From: Candidatus Krumholzibacteriota bacterium
GTDB taxonomy: Bacteria > Krumholzibacteriota > Krumholzibacteriia > LZORAL124-64-63
NCBI GenBank assembly: GCA_039714075.1
Contig: JBDLKA010000003.1
Span: 29,417-93,416 of the forward strand
Direction: 5' to 3'
DNA length: 64,000 bases
Position 1 is the stretch's first letter; every line of letters begins with the position of its first letter. This document shows positions 10,007 to 18,566 of the stretch, one piece after another. The position numbers and the translations under genes were made by a program. The notes under the pieces are model-generated. The model was not told the DNA's origin and made no database searches. It worked only from the letters and a program-made list of their open reading frames with translations.

Positions 10007-11335
10007 CTACCGGTCCACAGAGAAGCCGGCCGCGTGGGAATCCAGGATGAGTTCCTGGCCCGCCCTCAACTTGGAGATATCCCTGACCTGGCCGTTGACG
10101 GCCACCTCGACCCCGCGCACGCGGGCCAGAATCAGGCTGAAGTGATCCTCGGCGCCCCAGAAGACAACCAGGCGGTTCCCCTGCCGGTAGGCGCGGCCGG
10201 CCTCGAACCCGGCCGCGGGAATCTCGGGAACCGTCTCGGATTCGGCAGGCCACAGCACCTCGCTGGATTCGCGTTCGCCGTCCCGCTTGACCAGGATCCG
10301 CTGCGGAGCGTCGCAGACGACACTCAGGACCAGAGCCCAGGCGGAATCGGGAGGGTCCATCCCGGTCGACGGAACTTCCGCCTGCTCCTGGACGGTGTCT
10401 GGTGCGCTCGGGGTTTCCGCTGGGCGAATCTCAACCGAACCGGTTGTCGCTTCAGGTTCGGATTCGGGCTCGGGTTCGGGTTCAGGTTCGGATCTTGGGG
10501 TCTCGACCGGATCGATTTCAGGGGGGTCTTCCCGCGGCACATCCACGGATACGCCGGCAGCCGGCAAGCCCTCGGCCTGGCTCGCGGGGAGGGGGTTCGA
10601 AACTTCCGGCTCCATATCCGGGGCAGCCGAAACTTCCATCTCTTCCACAGGCGGGTCCGGGTTCAACTGCCAGCCCAGGGAAAGGGTGTCGGCAGGGGAT
10701 TCCCTTCCTTCGGAGGCGAAATCACTTCTTTCCGGAACGGGGTCCACCACCACATCCGCCCTCTCCTTGAGTTCCGCTTCCGTCTCCGGAGGAATCAGGG
10801 ATTCCCTCCGCGGGTCACCGGCGGACGCCGAATCCTGGGCGACCCCGGCCGGAAGGGTTTTCACTTCGACCGGCATTGCCGACTCACCCGCGGTCTCTTC
10901 CCTTTGCCACAGTTCATCCTCCTGGTCGCCATCGCAACCACGCATTCCGAACAGCACGGCCCCGACCAGGACCGCCACTACCCCGGCGCCCAGAAAAATT
11001 TTCACCCAGGGAAGTCCGATGCGGCTGACTTCAACTTTTTCCTCTTCCCAGACCATGTCGGCCCCGGACGCGGTCCCCTGCTGTTCCCCGGAGATCTTGT
11101 TGTACAACCCCAGAACGGATTCCGGTTCCAGGCCGAGATCCGTCGCGCAGGTCCGCAGAAAGCTCTTGATATAAAGGGGGCCGGATATCTTGTGGTACTC
11201 GTCGAGTTCAAGGGCAGACAGGACCGGCGGCGGGATCTTGGTCCGCTCCGACAGTTGGGCGATGGTCAGATCCTGGGCCTGGCGGGCCTCGCTGATCATC
11301 TCCCCGGGCGTTTTCAGTAGGGGCTTGTCGCTCAT
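10007..11335 (-). CDS. RodZ-like protein (N-terminal HTH, one TM helix, long acidic Pro/Glu linker, C-terminal beta domain)
   Basis: AREAQ-type HTH start (EARQAQDLTIAQLSERTKI), YIKSFLR..A..LGL, TM segment, EPEPEP linker. Confidence 0.75.
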   Translation of the reverse strand: MSDKPLLKTPGEMISEARQAQDLTIAQLSERTKIPPPVLSALELDEYHKISGPLYIKSFLRTCATDLGLEPESVLGLYNKISGEQQGTASGADMVWEEEKVEVSRIGLPWVKIFLGAGVVAVLVGAVLFGMRGCDGDQEDELWQREETAGESAMPVEVKTLPAGVAQDSASAGDPRRESLIPPETEAELKERADVVVDPVPERSDFASEGRESPADTLSLGWQLNPDPPVEEMEVSAAPDMEPEVSNPLPASQAEGLPAAGVSVDVPREDPPEIDPVETPRSEPEPEPEPESEPEATTGSVEIRPAETPSAPDTVQEQAEVPSTGMDPPDSAWALVLSVVCDAPQRILVKRDGERESSEVLWPAESETVPEIPAAGFEAGRAYRQGNRLVVFWGAEDHFSLILARVRGVEVAVNGQVRDISKLRAGQELILDSHAAGFSVDR

Positions 11336-11404
11336 CGGGGCCTCCTTGTGACCGGAACGACCACGGAGGTCTTCCGGATCCGCTCCCGGGCCGTCGCCAC
11401 GGCG

Positions 11405-14173
11405 CTAGCCCAGGGCATCCAACATCTCTCTGAGTTTGCCCGCCTTGGTCTCGTTTTCCGCCAACAGGTCCTTTTGCTTCTGCACCACGTGATCGGGTGC
11501 GTTGGCGGTGAACTTCTCGTTCGCCAACTTGGCGCGGCAACCCTTCATCCAATTTTCGATCCCGGCCAGTTCCTTGTTGAGCCGGGCTTTTTCCTTGTCC
11601 AGGTCGACCAGTCCCTCCATCGGCAGAAAAATTTCCACGGCACCGGCCACCGTCGCCCCCGCGGGTGACGGGTCGGGGCCTCCGACCACTACTTCGGCGT
11701 CTTCCATCTTGGCAAGCAGGGCAATGAGCGCCAGCCCGCCGGTGAGTTCGGCCGCGACGGCGTCACCGGGCACCCGCAGGATGGCGCGCCCTCTTTTACC
11801 CGGCTGGACGCCGAGTTCATTGCGCAGGTTACGGATCGCCCCCACGATTTCCATGACCTGTTCAAACCCGGCACACTCCCTTTGGAAAGGGGTTTTCCCA
11901 CGAAAGCCGGGGAAAGAGGAGTTCATCAGGAAACCACGCGACGGCGGCAGCCAACTCCACAATTCCTCGGTGATGAAGGGCATCACCGGATGCAGCAGCT
12001 TGTAACTGACCGCCAGGCCGAGAACGGCCGTCGCCAGTACGGGACCACGTTCCTGCTCATCGCGCAGGCGCGGTTTGATGGCTTCGAGGTACCAGTCGCA
12101 GAATTCATGCCGGAAGAAGTTGAACACCCCGTAGGCCGCATCGTTGAGGCGGCGTTTCTCCATGTTGGCGCCGCATCCGGAAACCGTGTCCAGGAGACGG
12201 CCCAGGATCCAGCGGTCCTCCAGCCTCAGATCGCCGTCCTGCAGTTCGACGGGCGGGGTGCCGCCAAACACGCCGGTCCACAATTCGGCAAACAGGCCGG
12301 CGGGCCGTTCGGCCCAGTCGTCGGCAGAACCAAGGGATTCGATCTCCAGGATCCGGGGCGCGGTGTCGTTGGGGTTGCCGTCCGGCAGACCGGCTTCCTC
12401 CCAGGTGCCGAGCACGAGTTTGGTGGCCTGGAAGATCTTGTTGCAGAAATTCCTACCCACTTCCAGGGTCGCCTCGGAGAAAAAGATGTCCTGGCCGGTG
12501 GGCGTGAGCATGACCAGGCTGCACCGCAGGGCATCGGAACCGTATTCATCGATGAGGAGGATCGGATCCGGACTGTTCCCCAGCGACTTGCTCATCTTGC
12601 GGCCCTGGTCGTCCCGGACGATCCCGTGGAACAGGACTTCGGCGAAGGGCTTTTCCGCCTTGAATTCGTAACTGGCCATGATCATCCGGGCGACCCAGAA
12701 GAAGATGATGTCCGGCGCCGTCACCAGGACCGACGTCGGGTGGAATTTTTCCTGGTCCGGGGTCTGGTCCGGCCAGCCCAGCGGAGAGAATGTCCACAGC
12801 CAGCTGCTGAACCAGGTGTCCAGGACATCCTCTTCCTGGGTCAATTTCCCGCCACCGCAGGCGGGGCAGGCGGCGGGTGCGGTCCGGGCGGCGATCTCCT
12901 CGTCGCAGCCGTCGCAATACCAGACGGGGATGCGGTGCCCCCACCAGAGCTGCCTGCTGATGCACCAGTCCCGGATGTTGTTCATCCAGTTGTCGTAGAC
13001 ACCGACCCAGCGTTCGGGAAACAGTTTGATCTCACCCTCGGCCACGGCCTTGACCGCCGGAGCCGCCAGCTCATCCATCTTCAGGAACCATTGCCGCGAC
13101 AGGTACGGCTCGATGACATGGCCGCACCGGTCATGGTGACCCACCTGGTGCACATGCTTCTCGGTCTTGTCCAGCAAACCGTCCTTGTCCAGGGCCTCGA
13201 CCACCGCCTGGCGGCATTCGGACCGGCCCAGCCCGGCAAAGGCGCCGGCCTGCTCGTTCATGACCCCCGCGGGCGTCATGCAGATGACCTGCTCCAGATC
13301 GTGGCGGCGACCCACCTCGAAGTCGTTGGGATCGTGGGCCGGGGTGATCTTCACGAACCCGGTGCCTTTTTCCGGATCTGCGTGATGGTCGCCGATGATG
13401 GGGATTTCCCGGTCGGTCAGAGGCAGTTTGACCATCTTGCCGATCAGTTGTTTGCGCTCGGGATCGTTGGGATGGACCGCCACGGCGGTATCACCGAACA
13501 TGGTTTCGGGTCGCGTGGTGGCCACCGTCACGTGCCCGCCGCCGTCGGCCAGCGGATATTTCAGATGCCAGAGGTGTCCTTCAATCTCCTGGTACTCGAC
13601 TTCATCGTCGCTGATGGCCGTCAGGTCATGGGGACACCAGTTGACCAGGTAGACGTCCCGGTAGATCAGTCCTTTTTCCTTGAGCAGGACAAAAGCCTCG
13701 GTCACCGCGCGGTTCCTGGCCTCATCCATGGTGAAGGCTTCGCGGCTCCAGTCCAGCGAGCAGCCCAGGCGCCTGATCTGCTGCGTGATCCTTCCATGGG
13801 TCTGGTCCTTCCAGTTCCAGGCACGTTCCAGAAACGCGTCCCGCCCCACTTCCCGCTTGTCTATTCCCTCGGCGGCCATCTGACGGCTGACCACCTGTTC
13901 GGTGGCGATGCTCGCGTGATCGGTCCCGGGTATCCACAGGGCCGGCTGTCCCCGCATCCGGGCCCACCGGATCAACGTATCCTGGATGCTGTTGCCCAGA
14001 CAGTGTCCCATATGAAGAATGCCGGTCACGTTCGGTGGCGGCAAGGTGATGACGAACGGGTCACCCTCGAGATCGGGATCCGGACCGAAGAGGCCCGCCT
14101 CTTCCCACGCCGCGTACCACTTTTCCTCGATGCCGCCGGGGGCGTATTGCGACATGTTCCTGATTTCTTCCAC
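11405..14173 (-). CDS. valS: Valine--tRNA ligase
   Basis: PPPNVTGILHMGH, WCISRQLWWGH, KMSKS, C-terminal coiled coil. GTG start with AGGAG (alternative ATG 14155). Confidence 0.98.
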   Translation of the reverse strand: MEEIRNMSQYAPGGIEEKWYAAWEEAGLFGPDPDLEGDPFVITLPPPNVTGILHMGHCLGNSIQDTLIRWARMRGQPALWIPGTDHASIATEQVVSRQMAAEGIDKREVGRDAFLERAWNWKDQTHGRITQQIRRLGCSLDWSREAFTMDEARNRAVTEAFVLLKEKGLIYRDVYLVNWCPHDLTAISDDEVEYQEIEGHLWHLKYPLADGGGHVTVATTRPETMFGDTAVAVHPNDPERKQLIGKMVKLPLTDREIPIIGDHHADPEKGTGFVKITPAHDPNDFEVGRRHDLEQVICMTPAGVMNEQAGAFAGLGRSECRQAVVEALDKDGLLDKTEKHVHQVGHHDRCGHVIEPYLSRQWFLKMDELAAPAVKAVAEGEIKLFPERWVGVYDNWMNNIRDWCISRQLWWGHRIPVWYCDGCDEEIAARTAPAACPACGGGKLTQEEDVLDTWFSSWLWTFSPLGWPDQTPDQEKFHPTSVLVTAPDIIFFWVARMIMASYEFKAEKPFAEVLFHGIVRDDQGRKMSKSLGNSPDPILLIDEYGSDALRCSLVMLTPTGQDIFFSEATLEVGRNFCNKIFQATKLVLGTWEEAGLPDGNPNDTAPRILEIESLGSADDWAERPAGLFAELWTGVFGGTPPVELQDGDLRLEDRWILGRLLDTVSGCGANMEKRRLNDAAYGVFNFFRHEFCDWYLEAIKPRLRDEQERGPVLATAVLGLAVSYKLLHPVMPFITEELWSWLPPSRGFLMNSSFPGFRGKTPFQRECAGFEQVMEIVGAIRNLRNELGVQPGKRGRAILRVPGDAVAAELTGGLALIALLAKMEDAEVVVGGPDPSPAGATVAGAVEIFLPMEGLVDLDKEKARLNKELAGIENWMKGCRAKLANEKFTANAPDHVVQKQKDLLAENETKAGKLREMLDALG

Positions 14174-14267
14174 GCGTCACTCCTGTCAATTCCCTGAATC
14201 TCTCGGGCCTGGCTCGCCGGGTGCAGGCAGGAGACGTAGACGGACCGTTCGCACCCGGGAATTCGGA

Positions 14268-14296
14268 AATCTAACATCTGGCCACGGTCGGAGCAA
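14268..14296 (-). promoter_or_regulatory. Sigma70-type promoter of valS
   Basis: TTGCTC-N17-TAGATT with TG extension. Confidence 0.55.
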
Positions 14297-14348
14297 TGGG
14301 CGAGAAATCCAGCGCGAAATCCTGCGTCCGAACACGTGATGTGCTACT

Positions 14349-16946
14349 ATGCCTGCGCAACCGGCGATCCTGCAACCTCGAGGCCCCTTCATGCGGAACC
14401 TGACCGTATATCCCGAGAGCATTTTTGAGCGGACCACTCGTCTGGCGGGCCTGTTTCTGCTGGCCCCCGTCCTGATGATCCTGACCCTGCCGGTCCTGTT
14501 GCACATCAATCAAAAACCCGAGTTCGGCTTTTCGGTCGTCAGGCAGGAAGTGGTCGAAATCGTCCACTCCGGTCCGGCCGACCAGGCGGGGCTGCGCAAG
14601 GGCGACACCATCATGGCCATCGACGGGCTGCCCGTCAGCGACATGCCCACCTACTTCGCGGCCCTGGCCGGCCGGTACGATTTGACGCCTCTTCCGGTAG
14701 AGTTCCGGCGGGGAATCACCAAACGGATCCTGATCATAATTCCCACGCCGCCGACGCAAGGGGTCATGATCCGCAGTTACGGGGTCTGGGTTTCCGGACT
14801 CGCCTTTTTGATGATCGGCTTCTGGGTTCTTTTGCGCCGGCGTGATCCCGTGGCCCGCAATTTCTTCTCCCTGTGTTTCATCTTCGCCTTTTTCCTGCTG
14901 GACATACCCGACCACACCAACGTCACATACATGGTGGCCAAGGAACTGATCCGGTATCTGTTCCAGCTTTTGCTGCCGGCCTACTTCCTGCGGTTTTTTC
15001 TCCAGTTCCCCAGCTCCCGCAGCAGGTCGGCCCGCGAAAAGATCCAGCTCCGGCTGCTTCTGGTTCCGGGTTGGGTGCTTTTCGGGATATTCGCCTGGTT
15101 GTTTTTCCTGAATCCGGTGCCCGGCGGCATCGTGGAATCCACCCTGGAAATCGTTTCCCTTATCTATCTGCTGGGCTACTTCCTGACCGGGCTGGCCATA
15201 TTCGCCCGCAGGGTCATGCGCCGCGACCGTCCCATCCAGCAAACCAAGCTGAAGGTCATCCTGTGGGGCCTCATCTGCGGCCTGGCTCCTTTCATTGCAG
15301 GCATGGTCCTGGGAAACCTCGGCCCGGGGGCCTCCCTCCCCCAATTGCAGTACCTGGCCTTTTCCCTCCTGCTGGTCCCGATCAGTTTCGGCATGGCCAT
15401 TTTGCGCTACGGAGCCCTGGACCGGGCCTTTGTCGTCCGCGCCAGCATCATCTACGGCCTGCTCACCGTTCTGGTGCTCCTGATATATTTCGTGATCGTC
15501 CTGGGCCTGGGTGAATTCCTGGGGCGGATTTTCAAGGTCGATACCTACGGGGTCCTGCTGGTGGTCATGGCCGGCAGCAGCCTGGCCATCCTGCCTTTGC
15601 GCCGCTGGATCCAGGGCACCATCGACAACGCCTTCTATCCCGCCCGCCGCGCCAACCGCCGCACCATGACAGTCCTGGCGGACCGCCTGACCGGCCTGAT
15701 CGACCCCGAAGAAGTCATTCAGACCCTGCTGACAAGTCTCGACGACCTTTTCCGGCCCGACACCATTGCCCTGTTCCTTTCACCGGGCGACGGACAGGGG
15801 CCTTTCAAGGCCCGCTTGCCCGCGGAAGATACCGGGGGTCCTCACCGGAATGTCCGGACCGCCGAGACGGACCCCGCTCCCCCGGAGGACTATCCGCTCC
15901 TGGACCAGGGCAGCGGGCTGGCCATCCTGCTGAACCGGATCCGTCGGCCCGTGTTCACCGAGGAGTTTGAAGATCTCCTGTTTTCCGGGGACACGGACCT
16001 GGCCTCGCTCAAGGTTTTGACCCGCATCCGGGCCGTCCTGCTGGTGCCGATGATCGGGGGCAACCGCCTGGTGGGGTTCCTGACTTTCGGCCCCAAGAGC
16101 AACGGCGCCCTCTACAGCCAGGAGGAGTTGGCCAACCTGAGGGCCCTGGGGATCCAGGCCGCCTCCCTGATCGAGAGCCGCCAACTCTATCTGGAAAGCC
16201 TCGGCCGCAAACGCCTGGAAACCGAACTCGAGGTCGCGCGTGACATCCAGGGCCGCCTGCTGCCCACCGGACCGTTGGATACGGATTTTTTCAGCATCTG
16301 CGGCCGCAACGAACCCTGCCGCATGGTGGGTGGGGATTATTTCGACTATTTCCACCTTGAAGACGGCAGTCTGGGCTTTGCCATAGCCGACGTTTCCGGC
16401 AAGGGCATCCCCGCGGCCCTGATGATGACCTCCCTGGTTGCCGCCTTCCGCCGGGAGGCCAAGGCGGGCACGGGCCCGCGCCGCGTCATGGACCGGCTGA
16501 ACCCCGTGGTGGCCTCGCTGGTGTCGGCGGGCAACTTCATCTGCCTGTTTTTCGGAATATGGAATCCGGACACGGGAGTGGTCCACTATTGCAATGCGGG
16601 CATGGATCCCCCGATCCTGTTCCGGCCCCGGGCCTTCTACCGGCAAAAGCTCAAAAGGGGCGGTCCCGTACTCGGGGTCGAGCCCAACCGGCACTACCGG
16701 GAGGGCGCGCTGGCCCTCGAACCCGGCGACCGCCTGTTCATGTTCACCGACGGCATGACCGAAGAGCAGAATCCCCTGGGGGATTTCTTTGACACCGAAC
16801 GCCTGCTGGACCTGGTTGCCGACAACCTGGAATCTTCCCCATTGCGCCTTATCGACAAGATTTTTTCCGCCGTCAATGCGTTTGGCGGTGAAGAGAAGAC
16901 GGATGACAAGACTGCAATCGTATTGGAAATAAAGAACCTACAATAA
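14349..16946 (+). CDS. Membrane-bound SpoIIE/RsbU-type PP2C phosphatase with PDZ, multi-TM and GAF-like regions
   Basis: GPADQAGLRKGD (PDZ), many TM helices, ARDIQGRLLP, VGGDYFD, IADVSGKG, FTDG, DDKT. Start may be 14391. Confidence 0.88.
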   Translation: MPAQPAILQPRGPFMRNLTVYPESIFERTTRLAGLFLLAPVLMILTLPVLLHINQKPEFGFSVVRQEVVEIVHSGPADQAGLRKGDTIMAIDGLPVSDMPTYFAALAGRYDLTPLPVEFRRGITKRILIIIPTPPTQGVMIRSYGVWVSGLAFLMIGFWVLLRRRDPVARNFFSLCFIFAFFLLDIPDHTNVTYMVAKELIRYLFQLLLPAYFLRFFLQFPSSRSRSAREKIQLRLLLVPGWVLFGIFAWLFFLNPVPGGIVESTLEIVSLIYLLGYFLTGLAIFARRVMRRDRPIQQTKLKVILWGLICGLAPFIAGMVLGNLGPGASLPQLQYLAFSLLLVPISFGMAILRYGALDRAFVVRASIIYGLLTVLVLLIYFVIVLGLGEFLGRIFKVDTYGVLLVVMAGSSLAILPLRRWIQGTIDNAFYPARRANRRTMTVLADRLTGLIDPEEVIQTLLTSLDDLFRPDTIALFLSPGDGQGPFKARLPAEDTGGPHRNVRTAETDPAPPEDYPLLDQGSGLAILLNRIRRPVFTEEFEDLLFSGDTDLASLKVLTRIRAVLLVPMIGGNRLVGFLTFGPKSNGALYSQEELANLRALGIQAASLIESRQLYLESLGRKRLETELEVARDIQGRLLPTGPLDTDFFSICGRNEPCRMVGGDYFDYFHLEDGSLGFAIADVSGKGIPAALMMTSLVAAFRREAKAGTGPRRVMDRLNPVVASLVSAGNFICLFFGIWNPDTGVVHYCNAGMDPPILFRPRAFYRQKLKRGGPVLGVEPNRHYREGALALEPGDRLFMFTDGMTEEQNPLGDFFDTERLLDLVADNLESSPLRLIDKIFSAVNAFGGEEKTDDKTAIVLEIKNLQ

Positions 16947-16972
16947 TTCCCGCCCGGCGGTCCCCTTCTTGC

Positions 16973-16999
16973 TCAAGTAAGGATGGACCCGGCCGATGA
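16973..16999 (+). promoter_or_regulatory. Sigma28 (FliA/WhiG)-type promoter
   Basis: TCAA-N15-GCCGATGA versus TAAA-N15-GCCGATAA. Confidence 0.6.
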
Positions 17000-17105
17000 T
17001 CAGGGGTTTCGCGGGTGCGAAATTTCCCTCAAGGCCCCAGCCTTCCGGCCGATTCCCTTTTAGTCCGCATCGTTTCACATCAGTCCTGGAAAGGGGGGGA
17101 TCGGC

Positions 17106-17174
17106 ATGGTGCCGGAAACTTATATCCTGGTTGGCTTGTCGTTGATCGATCTCTTTTGGTGGTTGAGAAAATGA
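17106..17174 (+). CDS. Unannotated 22-aa hydrophobic peptide MVPETYILVGLSLIDLFWWLRK
   Basis: G-rich SD (AAAGGGGGGGA) 5 nt before ATG, own promoter and terminator; in-frame TAG at 17061 excludes a longer ORF. Confidence 0.5.
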   Translation: MVPETYILVGLSLIDLFWWLRK

Positions 17175-17188
17175 CACACGCGATCTAG

Positions 17189-17230
17189 CCCCTGGCTGCC
17201 GGTTCTCGCCACGGTCAGGGGTATTTTTTT
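17189..17230 (+). terminator. Intrinsic terminator after the small ORF
   Basis: CCCCTGGCTG...CGGTCAGGGG 10-bp stem (2 G-U pairs) then TATTTTTTT. Confidence 0.7.
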
Positions 17231-17244
17231 GCCCAAAATCACGC

Positions 17245-17631
17245 TCAAACCGCCGGCCAGATCTGCCGCGCGGACATGAATCCCAACCAGACAGCCCCCA
17301 GCCCGAGAATGAGATTGGCCGAAACGTTGAGCAGGGCCAGGTGGGAAGCCCCGTCCTGCAGGTAGCGCAGGGTCTCGTAGCCGAAGGTGGAAAAGGTGGT
17401 GAAGGCCCCCAGGAAGCCCACGGCCAGCAACATGCGCAGCGGATGCGTCACCAGGGCGGTACCGCGGTCCAGTTCCAGCAGAAAGCCGAGGGCCAGACAG
17501 CCCAGCACGTTGACCATGAGGGTCCCGAAAGCAAAGTGGCTGCCCAGGGACCGTTCGGCCAGGATGCCGACTCCGTAGCGGGACACCGCTCCGGCGGCAC
17601 CCGCGATTCCGACCAGAAACAGGGATTGCAA
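17245..17631 (-). CDS. crcB: Fluoride channel Fluc/CrcB
   Basis: GAAGAVSRY, GTLMVNVLG, GFLGAFTTFSTF. TTG start with GGAGG. Confidence 0.95.
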   Translation of the reverse strand: MQSLFLVGIAGAAGAVSRYGVGILAERSLGSHFAFGTLMVNVLGCLALGFLLELDRGTALVTHPLRMLLAVGFLGAFTTFSTFGYETLRYLQDGASHLALLNVSANLILGLGAVWLGFMSARQIWPAV

Positions 17632-17704
17632 GGCCAGTCCTCCCTAGATCATATGAAGGCGGCCGGACACCAGGCCCGGCCACCGCGCTCATCCGGATCC
17701 GAGG

Positions 17705-18289
17705 TCAGGAACCGATAACGTTCTTGACGGCCGCTTCGTAGGTTTCCTTGCCGAAGCCCCCCACCCATTTCTCCCGGATGACGCCCTCGCGGTCGATCAG
17801 GAACGTCGTGGGGATGCTCTGGATCCCGCCGAAAGCGGTGATGAGGTTGGGATCGTTGTTGAACATGACCATTTCAAAGGTAAGCCCGTTGTTCACGGTG
17901 TAGGAGCGGACCTTGGCCTCACCTTCACGCCCCATGGCCACGCCGACAACCACCAGGTCGTCGCTGTAGGTCTCGCTGAGTTCCTGCAGATGCGGCATGG
18001 CCCTGCGGCAGGGCGGGCACCAGGTATCCCAGAAATCCAGGATGACGGCCTTGCCCTGCAGGCTGGACAGCTGGAGATTTCCGCCATTGATTTTCCTGAG
18101 GGTGAAATCCGGCGCGGGGCCCCCTTTGCGGGCCACGACCGGACGGGCGGGTTGGGTATCGGTCCCGGCATTCTCGGCGCCGGTTTCACCCTGCTCCGAC
18201 CCGCAGCCGGACAGGGCCAGGGTGCCGCAGGCAAGAATGAAGATGGCGAGCACCAATCCAGGTATATTAAGAACCGTCTTTCTGCGCAC
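17705..18289 (-). CDS. TlpA/ResA-like thioredoxin-fold lipoprotein
   Basis: Lipobox LSGC, APDFTL, FWDTWCPPC, IPTTFLID. Confidence 0.9.
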   Translation of the reverse strand: MRRKTVLNIPGLVLAIFILACGTLALSGCGSEQGETGAENAGTDTQPARPVVARKGGPAPDFTLRKINGGNLQLSSLQGKAVILDFWDTWCPPCRRAMPHLQELSETYSDDLVVVGVAMGREGEAKVRSYTVNNGLTFEMVMFNNDPNLITAFGGIQSIPTTFLIDREGVIREKWVGGFGKETYEAAVKNVIGS

Positions 18290-18566
18290 GGCAGATCCTC
18301 CCAGTTGGATGATGGTAGCGGGAACCTGTGTATGAAGTCGGTCTGGTAACCCACGGGCGGAATCCCAAACCCGGAGCAGAAGCGTTCGAACTCCGATAAT
18401 TTGGGAAATATTTCCCCAATATGCAACTTTGGGCTATTTTTGGGCCCGCGGCGGGAACCATATCTTGTCTAACCCCGTTATCTTCGTATAGTACCTTTCG
18501 TAAGGACCATTTTCGGCCCCACGGCCGAATTCACCGCGACAACCCCGTAGCGAGGTTCGCCGGAAC

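Noticed and set aside
8259..14197. Long plus-strand ORFs opposite uvrB, rodZ-like and valS (8259-10145, 10034-11320, 11882-14197)
   Set aside because: Antisense shadows of GC3-rich genes; no motifs.
16938..17177. 79-aa minus-strand ORF in the ORF track
   Set aside because: No SD or motif; promoter, SD and terminator all point to the plus-strand 22-aa ORF.
17632..17704. Fluoride riboswitch before crcB
   Set aside because: Only a GC hairpin; the GGCGATGG...TGATG core is not present.
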